Positions 23,383 to 34,021 of a DNA stretch of 53,006 bases are shown here, piece by piece; positions within the stretch are counted from its first letter, which is position 1, and every line of letters starts with the position of its first letter. Source of the DNA: Amoebophrya sp. A120. Lineage: Eukaryota > Protista > Dinoflagellata. The notes beneath the pieces were generated by a model. That model saw only the letters and a program-made list of their open reading frames with translations, searched no databases and was not told where the DNA came from. The stretch covers positions 14,577,119-14,630,124 of the forward strand of contig CAJINV010000001.1 in assembly GCA_905178155.1 (NCBI GenBank), given 5' to 3'. A program made the position numbers and the translations under genes.

Positions 23383-23908
23383 ACCAACGTATCAACGTCT
23401 CTCCAAACGCTCGCAACGCCAGCCAACCTCTCACAGTGCGCAGCACCACGGCTCGAACAGACATACGCGCACACTCGCATCTATGCGCGCGAGAATCAAT
23501 GCTCGCAAGTAATCTGATTTTTTGCTTTTTTTCCAAAGCTTTCTCGTGTTTTCTGTGGACCATCCTTGAAAACACCACTTCTAATTTTCAAATTAAAATG
23601 AGTTGATAATCTCGTGTATTTTCAACAAAAATACTCGACGCGCCGCCTAGGAGTTGCAGTCTGCGAGACCTCGACAGCATTCAGACGAATACCTAGCCTC
23701 AATTATCCTAAGTGCGTCAGCATGTCTTTCCGGTCGAAACATAAGATCGCGTGCTCAATGCACGCCTTCAATTCCTTTTGCGGTCGAAAGTTGTGCTTCC
23801 CATGCGTCTTGTCTTACTGGCGAAGTCAACAATCCTGCTTCAAATTTCACTGGAATTGGCATTAATATACTTTATTTTCAAAAAATAAAAATTGACGTCA
23901 TGATCGTA

Positions 23909-25207
23909 TCAGTACGGACGAGAACGACCATGGTTCTTCTTTTCGTAACCACCACCACCACCACCTTTCTTTCCTTTTTTTCCTTTGCCTTTGCCGGACT
24001 TGCGGCGGAAACCCGGCTGCCAGTCCGGGTTATATTCACCGTCATCGATGTGCCCGCCGTATTCGCCCTGCGCTTCCCCTTTGGGCTTGCCATCCTCGCA
24101 CTGCGATGGCCACCAGTCGTGTTTTTTCTTACACTTAAAACAGCGAATGGAGAATTTGCGCAGTCGCATGCAGGCCGAGTACGTGTGGTCGAACTGCCCC
24201 GGATCACCACCCTTCTCCTGCCAGCAGTGCTTGCAGGCTTCTTTTCCGATGCCCTTGAAGTTGGTCCATAACTTCATAGACATTTTCGGAAACGCCGTCG
24301 CGAAATCATCGACTGCATCGCACCGCATCTCCATGGTAGCAGAATCGTCGCTGCTCAACGACGTGATCTTCTCGCGGAACTGTTTGGTGTAGGTTTGGCT
24401 TTCCATCTCGTCGATGGTGACATCTTTTTCTTTGTTCTTATCTTTTTCAATCCTCGCTCCGCCAGCCGGAGTGCCGATGATCCTGCTCGCGTCGCCTCCC
24501 AGCTTGGTGAGCTGGTGCGCCAGACGGTCACGCTCGGACTGCATGTCCGCGACCCGCTTTTTCAACGCATTGTTGCCACCGGTCGCCGCCGCGGGGGTGG
24601 CACTCCCCCCGGTTCCCACCACCTCAGCGCTCACTGTACCGGAGATGAGACTTTTTTTCAATCCTGTCTGGAATAAGTATTCCGATTGAATTGTCGAAAA
24701 CCGCGGGAGGATGATGCTGAACCAGGCCTGGAACGCATGTCGCTCCATATTCTTTTGTCGCGTGCCATGCACGGTCCAGACTTCCTTAATAAATAATAAG
24801 GCGTCGACTCTGGATCTGTGTTGCAAGGCCGTGGCTTTCGACGGGTCGGTCGGCGCTCCTGGTTTTCCTGCAGCGTCGTTCTGGTTCGCCTGCAGGATCA
24901 GCTCCGCGATCAGCGCGTACTCGTTCAGGATGTGAGTCGCGAACTCCACCTTCGTCTTCGCCTCGCCTTTGAAGGCACTGAGGTGACTCCCGTAGGTGTT
25001 CGCTTGGGTCCTCCAGGACGCCGCGATGGTTTGGATCGTCAAGTGCTCCGACTCGACCGACGAGTCGACCTTGTGCTCCCCCGTCTTGGGATCCCGCGAC
25101 ACCATCGAGGCAGTTTTCAATTTCTGGCGCGACCACAGGGATCGCAGTCCCTCCTTCGTGGCGATGATTTTCGCATTGTCACTGGTATCAATCATCGACG
25201 TTGTTCC
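23909..25207 (-). CDS. gag: Gag-like ORF1 C-terminal part with two CCHC-like zinc knuckles and a basic/Gly tail
   Basis: CKHC..H....C and CFKCKKKHDWWPSQC; positioned upstream of YR and pol. Confidence 0.75.
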   Translation of the reverse strand, partial: GTTSMIDTSDNAKIIATKEGLRSLWSRQKLKTASMVSRDPKTGEHKVDSSVESEHLTIQTIAASWRTQANTYGSHLSAFKGEAKTKVEFATHILNEYALIAELILQANQNDAAGKPGAPTDPSKATALQHRSRVDALLFIKEVWTVHGTRQKNMERHAFQAWFSIILPRFSTIQSEYLFQTGLKKSLISGTVSAEVVGTGGSATPAAATGGNNALKKRVADMQSERDRLAHQLTKLGGDASRIIGTPAGGARIEKDKNKEKDVTIDEMESQTYTKQFREKITSLSSDDSATMEMRCDAVDDFATAFPKMSMKLWTNFKGIGKEACKHCWQEKGGDPGQFDHTYSACMRLRKFSIRCFKCKKKHDWWPSQCEDGKPKGEAQGEYGGHIDDGEYNPDWQPGFRRKSGKGKGKKGKKGGGGGGYEKKNHGRSRPY

Positions 25208-26434
25208 TCAGTCAGAAACCCCGGGGCGGTGGCGGCCGCTAATTTCCAGCTAATTTCTGCGGGATTTTTTCAAACCCCGAGACCCGGGACAATGGGTGAA
25301 GACCCAAACCCGGAAAACCGAGCGCCCAAGCTGCGCCACATAAGATCCCAAAGCAATCAGGCAAGGAACTTCAGGAAAACAAAAAGCACCCAATGGGAAG
25401 CAGGCCACCTTCTGCACATGGAGTATGGCAGGGGCGGCAATCTCACACAGGACGAATTCCCACAAGCCAAAATCCCAAATCCCAAAGCCGCCCGAAAAAC
25501 AACATCAACCATCGGAAACCCCACCCAGTTACACCCACACGAAACAGCCCCCGCGGGCGGCTATTTTCGCTGCTAATTCCCCGGCTAATTTTGGTTCTAT
25601 TTTTGTCTCTATTTTTGGGTTCTATTTTTGCTTCTAAGTCATATTCTATTTTCGTGCTCTAAATCGTATTCTATTTCCATGTTCTAAATCGGGGCTCTAA
25701 ATCGTATTCTATTTTGGTTTCTAAATCGTGCTGCTATTTTGCTTTCTATTTTTTGCGGGATTCGCATGTTCGAGCGGCTGTCTTTCAACTTCTAAATTCG
25801 CGCTTTGGAGGATTTCCTTTGGAAATCTCCAGCGTCGCGAAAAATAGAAGATGAGAAGACAGCTGCCGAGCACGCGAATCCCGCAGAAAAATAGAAAACA
25901 AAACAGCGAGCACATTTAGAAGTCCAAAATAGAACACGAGATAATTGGGAACCCTGGCGGTGCTTTCGAAAAGCCAAACGACAATGGCTATGCGAAAAAG
26001 TGAAGCAATGATAGGGCGGAGGGATTTCAACATTGGCCACACGGCTGGGGTCTTCACAGCCCAATCCGAAAGCCCGAGGGCCCCCAGGAAAGCCAGACCA
26101 CGAGCGCTACCCACCACCTTCGGGGCCACCCGGGGACGAAAATACCAAAGAAGCCCCCGCGGCGTTCGAAATTCCGAATCCCCTGCAAACGGCCCGAATT
26201 TTTAAATTTTAATTCCCGCCATGCCTTTTCATTGAAAAAAGCACGCCGGGTCAGCGGGGGCTTTGCGAAAAACCCGGGTCCCCGGGAGCTGCGGAAAAGG
26301 GAGGAACCCAGCGGGCCCGGGGGCCTTCAACGCCCGGGGAAGAAAACCACCGCCCAACCTATGGGCTTCGGGGAAATCCCGCAAAAATTAGCTGGGATTT
26401 AGTGCCTCCCGCGGCCCGGGGGCTCTCTGACTGA
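25208..26434. mobile_element. Non-autonomous TIR element, TCAGTCAGA family (1227 bp), TSD TGTTCC, inside ORF1
   Basis: ~60-bp imperfect TIR. TGTTCC at 25202-25207 and 26435-26440. Diverged homolog of the 2562 and 32795 copies. Confidence 0.93.
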
Positions 26435-27329
26435 TGTTCCGTCCGCTCCTGCGGCCACCGACTGGAACTTCTCTTGCAGTTTAATAGTATTTAATTGCGC
26501 CTGCAAACTCCCGTTTGTCTTCTTCGAAATTTCCATCCTCGGAAATTTGACGTATGTTTTCACCTCGTCGATGAAAAGCTTGTCCTTCTTGCGCAGCAAC
26601 GCGCACTGTCCCAGGAAGGGGCAGTGCTGGTGAATCTGTTTCGCCACGTCCCATTCCGAGATCTTGGGGCTCTCGTCCATGATCGCCTGAGTCGCAGTGT
26701 CGTCCAACGCGGACTGCGCGAGCTTCTGACACATGAAGCAGTCCAAGTTGAGTCCTGTGCGCAAGCACTTGGGGAAGTAGGTGCCGCACACATCCTTCTG
26801 CTCTGTCTGGCACGGCCCGCACACGGCGACGTCTTTGCAGGATGCACACAAGTGCAACATGTCCGGCAACGCCGTTTTTGCGAAACTGCGATCGCAGATT
26901 TTACACGAGACGTCCGTCTTTTCCTTTTTAGCCGTGAAAAAAGGAGTCGACGACTTCCGCCGGCGCAAGGACTCGATGTCGCTGTCGGTGTCCGGCTCGG
27001 ACCGGAGGCCCGCGGCTCTCCGCTTTTCCCGCTTCAAGCGATGCTTTTCCGCGATCTTGGTGCGCTCGGCCTTGAGCTCCTTGATCTCCTGGCCCATGAA
27101 ATTGATCTGATCCATCACGTTCCTCTCCCTCTCCTCTTTCCACCGAAGACTGGAGGAGGTAGTCAACAAACTGGATTTCACACCTTGCAACTCCATGGCC
27201 AGCTCCTGCGTCTCCTTGCTCATGGGCTCCTTGAACTCGTTGATGGATTCACCCATGCAGTTGTTTTCGTTCCAACCCAGCTCATTGCAGGCGGCGCGCA
27301 GTCCATTTTTGATCTTGTGGATGTTGTGC
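26435..27329 (-). CDS. ORF1 middle exon: coiled coil + Cys-rich zinc finger
   Basis: CKIC..CASC..CGPC..C..C..CFMC. Joins in frame as GADGT-TSMIDT after element removal. Confidence 0.75.
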
Positions 27330-27437
27330 CTGAGATTGAACATTTTTCAAAATATCACTTCGCTTGCGGTTTGCATCTCATGCCAGCATGCTCTCTGCTG
27401 CTGTAGCTTTGAACTGCCTTGCAAACCACAACTTTAC
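27330..27437 (-). other. Predicted canonical 108-nt GT-AG intron in ORF1
   Basis: CAG|GTAAAGT...AATCTCAG|G removes an in-frame stop and joins LAEAR-HNIHK. Confidence 0.7.
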
Positions 27438-27648
27438 CTGGCCTCCGCCAGCGACATCAACATGGGACGCCAAGTGATGTTATCTTTTTTCTCCTCATCC
27501 ATGGATTCGACTAGTGCGGGGGGGTTCGGCAGGAATTCGCTCCCCTCGATGGATAATCCGACGCGTTTCAGCACATCGTCTATCATCTCCGCATGGACTC
27601 TCCAAAACAACGGACTGAACCAGGAGCGCGTCACGATGTCTGCTTTCG
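27438..27648 (-). CDS. ORF1 exon segment
   Basis: In-frame continuation LPTK-ADIVTRSWFSP after element removal. Confidence 0.7.
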
Positions 27649-28719
27649 TCAGGCGGACGGGGCGGGGCGATGTAACGCGCTAAATTCATTCTATTTTCCC
27701 GCTAAAATGTTTGGCCCCAAAGACAGGAAATCGCCCCAAAGCAAAAAGCAAAAACACCCACTGCACGCCCACCAAGCCTCCGCTCTGTCAGACGCCAAAA
27801 AACGGGCGCCGGGACCTTGGCTACGCCCCGGTCGCGCGGCGCTGCCGCCGGGCTTCCGCGGCCGGCGGGCTGGATGCGTTGCGCCGGCTCCTGCTTCAAG
27901 AGCAGGGCCCAGCAACTTTCGGCTGACAGCCCCTGACCTCCCAAGGCCTGGAGCTGAAGCCTTCAATCATCCCGTGCGCGACGGCGGAATTGCCCGAGCT
28001 TCTGCCTCCGGCGATTCAGCCGAGCCTTTCGCGCACGATCGGATTGCGGGCGGAAGGCGCGGCTGAAGAGCTAAAAAAATGCGTCTAAATATGTGTCTAA
28101 ATATTTGTCTAAATGTCTGTCTAAGTTGTGTGAACCCGTTCTAAATTTGTTGGCCCGACCTTCTAAATTGGGTCGGGTCAACAAATCCTTCCCGATTTCA
28201 CACCCCCGCGACATTTAGCAAACATTTAGCGCAAGATTTAGTGAAATCCGGAAAAAATTTAGCGCAATATTTAGCGGGAAATTTAGTCGGATTTCAGGTC
28301 GGATTTTCCTTGCGATTACCCGCGAATTTAGCCAGAAATCTACTCCGCTTCCGGCTGGCGGCCGCGGGGCCGGGGCCGCCAACCGACGGCGGAATGGGTA
28401 GTGGGGCAAATGTCGGGCCGCCGCGCCATATCCGCAAAATTTAAAAATTCGAAGCGGGATCGCCTCGAATTTTTAAATTTTAAAACGAACAGGGGCGGCG
28501 CTGCGGGGAAGCCATGCTATCACGCGGGCGCCGCGGGCTTCGCGTGAACCCGCGGCACACACCCCGCACCAGGCCGCCCCCTGCACGACGGGAGCGCTGC
28601 CTTGGCGCAATCGGGCGGCCCAGCCCCACGGAGCCAAGCACGGGCGCCGCGCGGGGGAAAATTTAGCCAGAAAATAGCGCGAATTTAGTTGGAACCTCCG
28701 CCCCGGGTCGTCCGCCTGA
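27649..28719. mobile_element. Non-autonomous TIR element (1071 bp), TSD CTTTCG, inside ORF1
   Basis: TIR tcaggcggacg...cggggcg...ctaaattc. CTTTCG at 27643-27648 and 28720-28725. Confidence 0.92.
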
Positions 28720-29203
28720 CTTTCGTGGGCAGATGGTAGAACTCCACATGAAAATACTTGCGGAGGAGTCCGCTCTGCACGACGGATTGCACTAGTTTAT
28801 CGAATTGCAACAACCACAGTCGCGGACTTTCCTTCGGGTTTGCGAACGTCGTCAGCGTGGCTCCCGTGAGGTTTCCCACGACGTCAATCTCGGCCGAGGG
28901 GATGTGCATCATCGCAAACGGCTTGAAGAAACGGCACGCGTTCCACATTTCCTCGACAGTCGGCATTTTCCATTCACTTGTGGACGCAGGCCGCTGCTTT
29001 TTCGACGCGTTTTCCTCCATTTTCTTCTCCATCGGCACATCTACTTCCGGCATTCCGAAAGCATCCAGGCGCTCTCCGTCGTGGACCAGAAGCTGCTCAC
29101 GCGCTTCTCGGCTGTACGGTTCGTCCTTGTGGTCCTCCCACATTTTCGCCAATTGCGCTTGGGTCATCGGAACTTCCAAATCGCCTGCGAGTCCCAATTT
29201 CAA
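28720..29203 (-). CDS. ORF1 upstream exon segment
   Basis: Open frame ending at the TSD; its 5' boundary is probably a splice acceptor near 29185. Confidence 0.65.
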
Positions 29204-29254
29204 CCAGATGCATACTTGAACTGCCAGCGCTGCTCAAATTCATCAATCGTATGC

Positions 29255-30404
29255 GCTACTTGTTGAACATATCAACTTCATCAAGAGTACCCGCTCCGCC
29301 CGGGTTGTCATCGATGTCGTCCCGGTTGTCTGTGCTGCTCTCCGGCAGCACGTTCTTATCCAATGAACTACCGGCCACCATTTGCGTGACCTGCGGAATG
29401 TAAATTGCGCAACGCAGTTTCTATCGAGGTGAAGCTGCTTCATGAAGCTCCGAGAATGTATGCTTAAATGCATCTAGATCTAAGAAATACCTTTTCAATC
29501 CCGAAACTCACTGTGTTCTTTTTCCAAAGCAGGCGATAAAAACCTCCGCTACACCTGAGGTTTTTTTTGTTGTCCGAATTTTGCGCATTTCGAACAAAAG
29601 TCACACAGTTGCAGATTGTCACATCGCCCGCAATCATACACGCAGCAAGTGTTTACTTATAGGCCCGATCCTTCGCGCCTGATTCTTTTGATTGTGGTCA
29701 AAAGGATCTCGTCTTGCACCGACAAGGATTTGTTCCCGAAATCCAGATGCTCCCAGAGGTGCGCGGCCGAAAAATCTTGAGCGTTTTCGTCGATCAACAA
29801 GGAATTCTCCACGTCCACAGATCGGAAATCGTGCAGCTTCTTGGTGCTCAAACTTTCGGAAGTGCACAACTTCCGGATAGACTCCAACGCTTGTCGTGCA
29901 ATTTCTTCCCGGAACTCTCCCGCAATCTTTCGGCTGATGTCAATCGACGACTTCAAAGTCGTCGGAATCCATCGAAAACACGTAGTTTACCTGATGTCAG
30001 TTTTGGTTTGTTTTGAATATTATTTCAGATAATATCCACATGCATCTATAAGCAAATTTCTACTACGATTTGCGATGCTTATCCAAAACCATACACATTA
30101 CCCTTTTGTAATGCGCCGCCGTTCCCGGGCGGATTTGAGACCAAGCGAATTTCTCCACACCGAGATTCGTGCGTAAGTCTTTTACTGCTTGGTGCTTCAG
30201 CGAGTCAGAATCGCTGAGATGCCACGAGATCCTCACTGAATCCTCCTCGTGTTGTTGATGCGTGACCTCAGCGGTGTCGTCTTCTGGCGGGATGCGCGCT
30301 GACGTAGTTTTCCCCCACTTTTGTCTGCGGTTGTTCAACGGAAAACGACGCGCAGACTCCTGATGATCGATCACGATGCAGCCACCTACTGCGATGCTCA
30401 GCAA
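29255..30404 (-). CDS. Possible further upstream exons of ORF1 (~29260-29390, ~29660-29990, ~30100-30400)
   Basis: Short same-strand open frames separated by AT-rich spacers with GTAA donors and CAG acceptors; exact structure not resolved. Confidence 0.35.
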
Positions 30405-31198
30405 CTGACGCTGGCGATCGCAATGCTGCAGGTTGTCGCTTCTGTGTCTGCACGGGTAGATTTCCTTTTCTGCCGTGCTCAGCGGCGCGATTTCATCGAT
30501 GACAAGAGTTTTCTTGTAGGTCTAATGTAGCATGCTTGATAACGCGGATCTCTAAAATTAATTTCTACGCTCTTGTCGAAAAAGGCACTGCCAGAAGCCA
30601 TCTCTTTTACGCCATTGGTTCAGCCAAACACGCTAGCTTTACCCTCTTCCTATTCATTTAGCCTGAAAGATGTCGTGAGTGCATTGCGTCCCATCCTTTT
30701 CACCATCTTATATCCATACTTTTTTAATCGAGGTAATTTTTGCCACCAAAAAATACTGTCAGTCGCACGCAAGATCCCCAATTGATCAATCAAAAAGCTT
30801 GTGACACATCCGTCTTTCGTAGCGTGTCAAACTTGCGGAACAACTGCTCGCTTTCGCTCGAGTGTCATGAGCTAGACTCCGCAACTTTCCTTGCTGGTCT
30901 TCTATTCTTATTTGTGAATTTTTTGCAGTCAGTCAGATCGCATCTGACGCTTCATAAGACCATAAATTCGCCATGGCTGTTTCCACTACATGTCGTGGTC
31001 AGCGGCAATCGCTGCTGTCGTGTCACGATACGACATGAACAGCTTTAATACAGCAACTCTGGGCGTAACCACATATGCTTGACAACGAGTTGCCAGCTCG
31101 CCGGTTCCAGAACCCAGTCAAAATGAAGTCTCATCTTTCTTTTTGAAATAGCCTTCAAATTGCAGCCCTGTGCATCGATGCCTGTCCACGTGCAGGCC

Positions 31199-32278
31199 TT
31201 ACTTCGATTTCTTGCTGCTCTTCTTCTTCCGCCACTGGATCTTGTCCTCATCGAACGCGCTCGGGTTTTCTCGCGGAGAGCCAGCCCCGGCGGGCGACTG
31301 CCTAAATTCCCGCTATTTTTTGAACCGCCCAAGCCCTAGCCTGGGCGAGCAAGCCCGCCCTGGGCAATAGGCCGAGGCGGGCAACCCATGCCGGGGACAC
31401 AGGCGGGGCGCGGGCGACTTGCAGAACGCAGACGCCTGAGCCCATCGCCGAAGACCCGCCAGAAAGGCGCAGTGGCGAAGCAATTGCGCCGCCAACCCTT
31501 TCAACCGTTCTTGACCACGTCCCGAAATTTTCTAAGTTTGCGCCTAAATTTCAGAGCAACGGCCGACATAGGCAAAATCGCACGCAAATTGCCCAACGGG
31601 GCAAATTAGACAAAAAATAAAGAGCAGCCGAAGCGGCCAAGGCCGCTGCTTAAACAGAAATTAGAGGCGGCAAAGACCGCGAATATAGACAGGAAAATAG
31701 GAAAAAAAATAGACAGGAAAATAGACAATAAATTAGACAAAAACTTAAATAAAAACTTAGGCAGGAAATTAGACAAGAAATTAGACAAAAACTTAGACAA
31801 GAAATTAGCGCCCCCGCAAGAGCGCCGACTGTAGGAAAATTAGCGCGAAAATAAAGAGCCTGGCGCCGGGGGCGGCTCTGTGCGAGTTTTCCGACACCGC
31901 GCTCGTCGGCTTCATCTCGCCATCATCCGCCATCTGGAAGGTAGCCATGATGTTATCTCCATCCGGCATTCCCGGCATGGAATGCACGATGGTGGGCGCG
32001 CACTTGCGCCACATATGCGCGTACTCGGGACAATAGCGATCGGAGATGTCAAACCACTTCCCCTGCTCCTTGATAAACCCGAAAATCGGCGGCGCGCAGA
32101 GGCCCAGCTTTTCGGCCTTTGCCGCTAAGTCCGCGTCCCAGAACGCCGCGTCATAGAGCCCGCTGGGCTCGCCACGCTGGACAACCGGAGTCGGCTTTCC
32201 GTACTTGTGCGACATCTCGTCTGGACGCAAAGTCAGATAGACGCTACTTAACTTATCACTAGTTATTTCCTTTAACAC
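31199..32278 (-). CDS. Small unknown ORF (~152 aa) split by a TIR element
   Basis: Removing 31271-31891 joins SAVSEN-PSAFDEDKIQWRKKKSSKKSK-stop. Confidence 0.6.
31271..31885. mobile_element. Non-autonomous TIR element (615 bp), TSD GTTTTC
   Basis: TIR tcgc..agagcc..ccccggcg. GTTTTC at 31265-31270 and 31886-31891. Eleven 12-bp units at 31686-31808. Confidence 0.9.
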
Positions 32279-32794
32279 TCAGCTCTTTCGTCGCTGCTAA
32301 TCAAACACAGGAAGCAACGGTTTGTCATGAAGGTTTTTTACAAAAAAAGCATGAGTGTGGGAGTGCGCCATGCACTACTGGCTGCGTCTCAGCGCAGCTA
32401 AAAACCTCGCTCGTCAGAGGGCGGCGCCGCGAGAACAAAGATCACCGCACTCCCGGACAAACCGGAAGTGGACTGCCCCGAAATCATTCGCAGATGATTT
32501 CCTCACTTCCATCGTGCTCGACGTTCTAAGATAGATCAACGGAACAAAAAGAACAACTGCTAGCTAGTTCAATAGCTAGCACGCCTGCTTTGGCTAGTTC
32601 ACTTTCATCTTGGTCATTTCTGAGATCCGTCTCCGATTTCATTTCTATTCTAGGTACTCGGGATACTTCGAATAATAAAGAAAGAAGAAAACCGAAACGA
32701 TGAAGACAGTTGCTGCTAAGGACACCCCCCAGCGCTTGGGTGTCGGTATCTCTGTCCTGGCCATGAGCGGCTGGCCGCACAAAAAGAAAGAAGC

Positions 32795-34021
32795 GCAGTT
32801 AGAAACCTCGGGGCGGTGGCGGCCGCTAGTTTCCAGCTAATTTGTGCGGGATTTTTTCAAACCCCGACAATCGGGATAATAGTTGAAGGCCCAAACCCGA
32901 AAAGGCGACAACCCAAGTTGCCGCGCGCGAGGTCCCAAAACAAGCACGAGAGGGGCTTCAGGACAAGAAAAAGAAAACAACGAGAAGCAGGCCGCCTCCT
33001 ACACATGGAGCATGGCAACGCCGGCAATCTCACACAGGACGAATTCCCACAAAACAAAACCCCAAATCCCAAAACCGCCCGAGAAGCAAAAGCACCCGTC
33101 GAACACTCCACCCAGTTGCACCCATACGAAACACCCCCCGCGGGCGGCTATTTTCGCTGCTAATTCTGCGGCTAATTTTGTTTCTATTTTTGGGCTTTAT
33201 TTTCGTTTCTAATTTTGCTTCTATTTTCGTACTCTAAATCATGTTCTATTTTCGTACTATGAGTCATGTTCTATTTTTGGGCTCTATGTCGTATTCTATT
33301 TTGGCTTCTAAATCGTGCTTCTATTTTGCTTTCTATTTTTTGCGGGATTCGCATGCTCGAGCGGCTGCTTTTCAACTTCTAAATTCGCGCTTTGGAGGAT
33401 TTCCTTTGGAAATCTCCAGCGTCACGAAAAATAGAAGTTGGGAAGACAGCGGCCGAGCACGCGAATCCCGCAGAAAAATAGAAAGCAAAACAGCGAGCAC
33501 GTTTAGAAGTCCAAAATAGAATACGACTCAGAGCCCAAAAGTAGAACGCTTTCGAAAAGCCCAGCGGCAATGGCTTTGCGAAAGAACGAAACAGGGATAG
33601 GGTGCAGGGATTTCAACATTGGCCACACGGCCCAGGTCTTCACAACCCAAGCCGAAAATCCGAGGGCCCCCATGAAAATCAGACCACAAGCGCTGCCCTC
33701 CACCTTCGGGGCCACCCGGGTACGAAAATACCAAAGAAGCCCCCAGGGCGTTCGAAATTCCGAATCCCCTGCAAGCGGCCCTAATTTTTAAATTTTAACT
33801 CCCGTCGTGGCTTTTCATGGAAAAACACACGCGGGGCCAACGGGGGGATTTGACAAAAACCCGGCCCCCCGGGCGCGGTGGAAAAGGGCGGAACCCTGCG
33901 GGCCCGGGAAACTTCAGCGCCCGGGGACGAAAAGCACCGCCCACCCTAAGGGCTCCGGGGAAATCCCGCACAAATTAGCTGGGATCTAGTGCCTCCCGCG
34001 GCCCGCGGGCTCTCTGACTGA
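32795..34021. mobile_element. Non-autonomous TIR element, TCAGTCAGA family (1227 bp), TSD AGAAGC, inserted in a satellite unit
   Basis: AGAAGC at 32789-32794 and 34022-34027. Confidence 0.93.

Noticed and set aside
8326-27406. Long plus-strand ORFs (8326-9045, 10497-11597, 13228-14175, 24818-25576, 26495-27406)
   Set aside because: They are antisense shadows of GC3-rich minus-strand genes and show no motifs.
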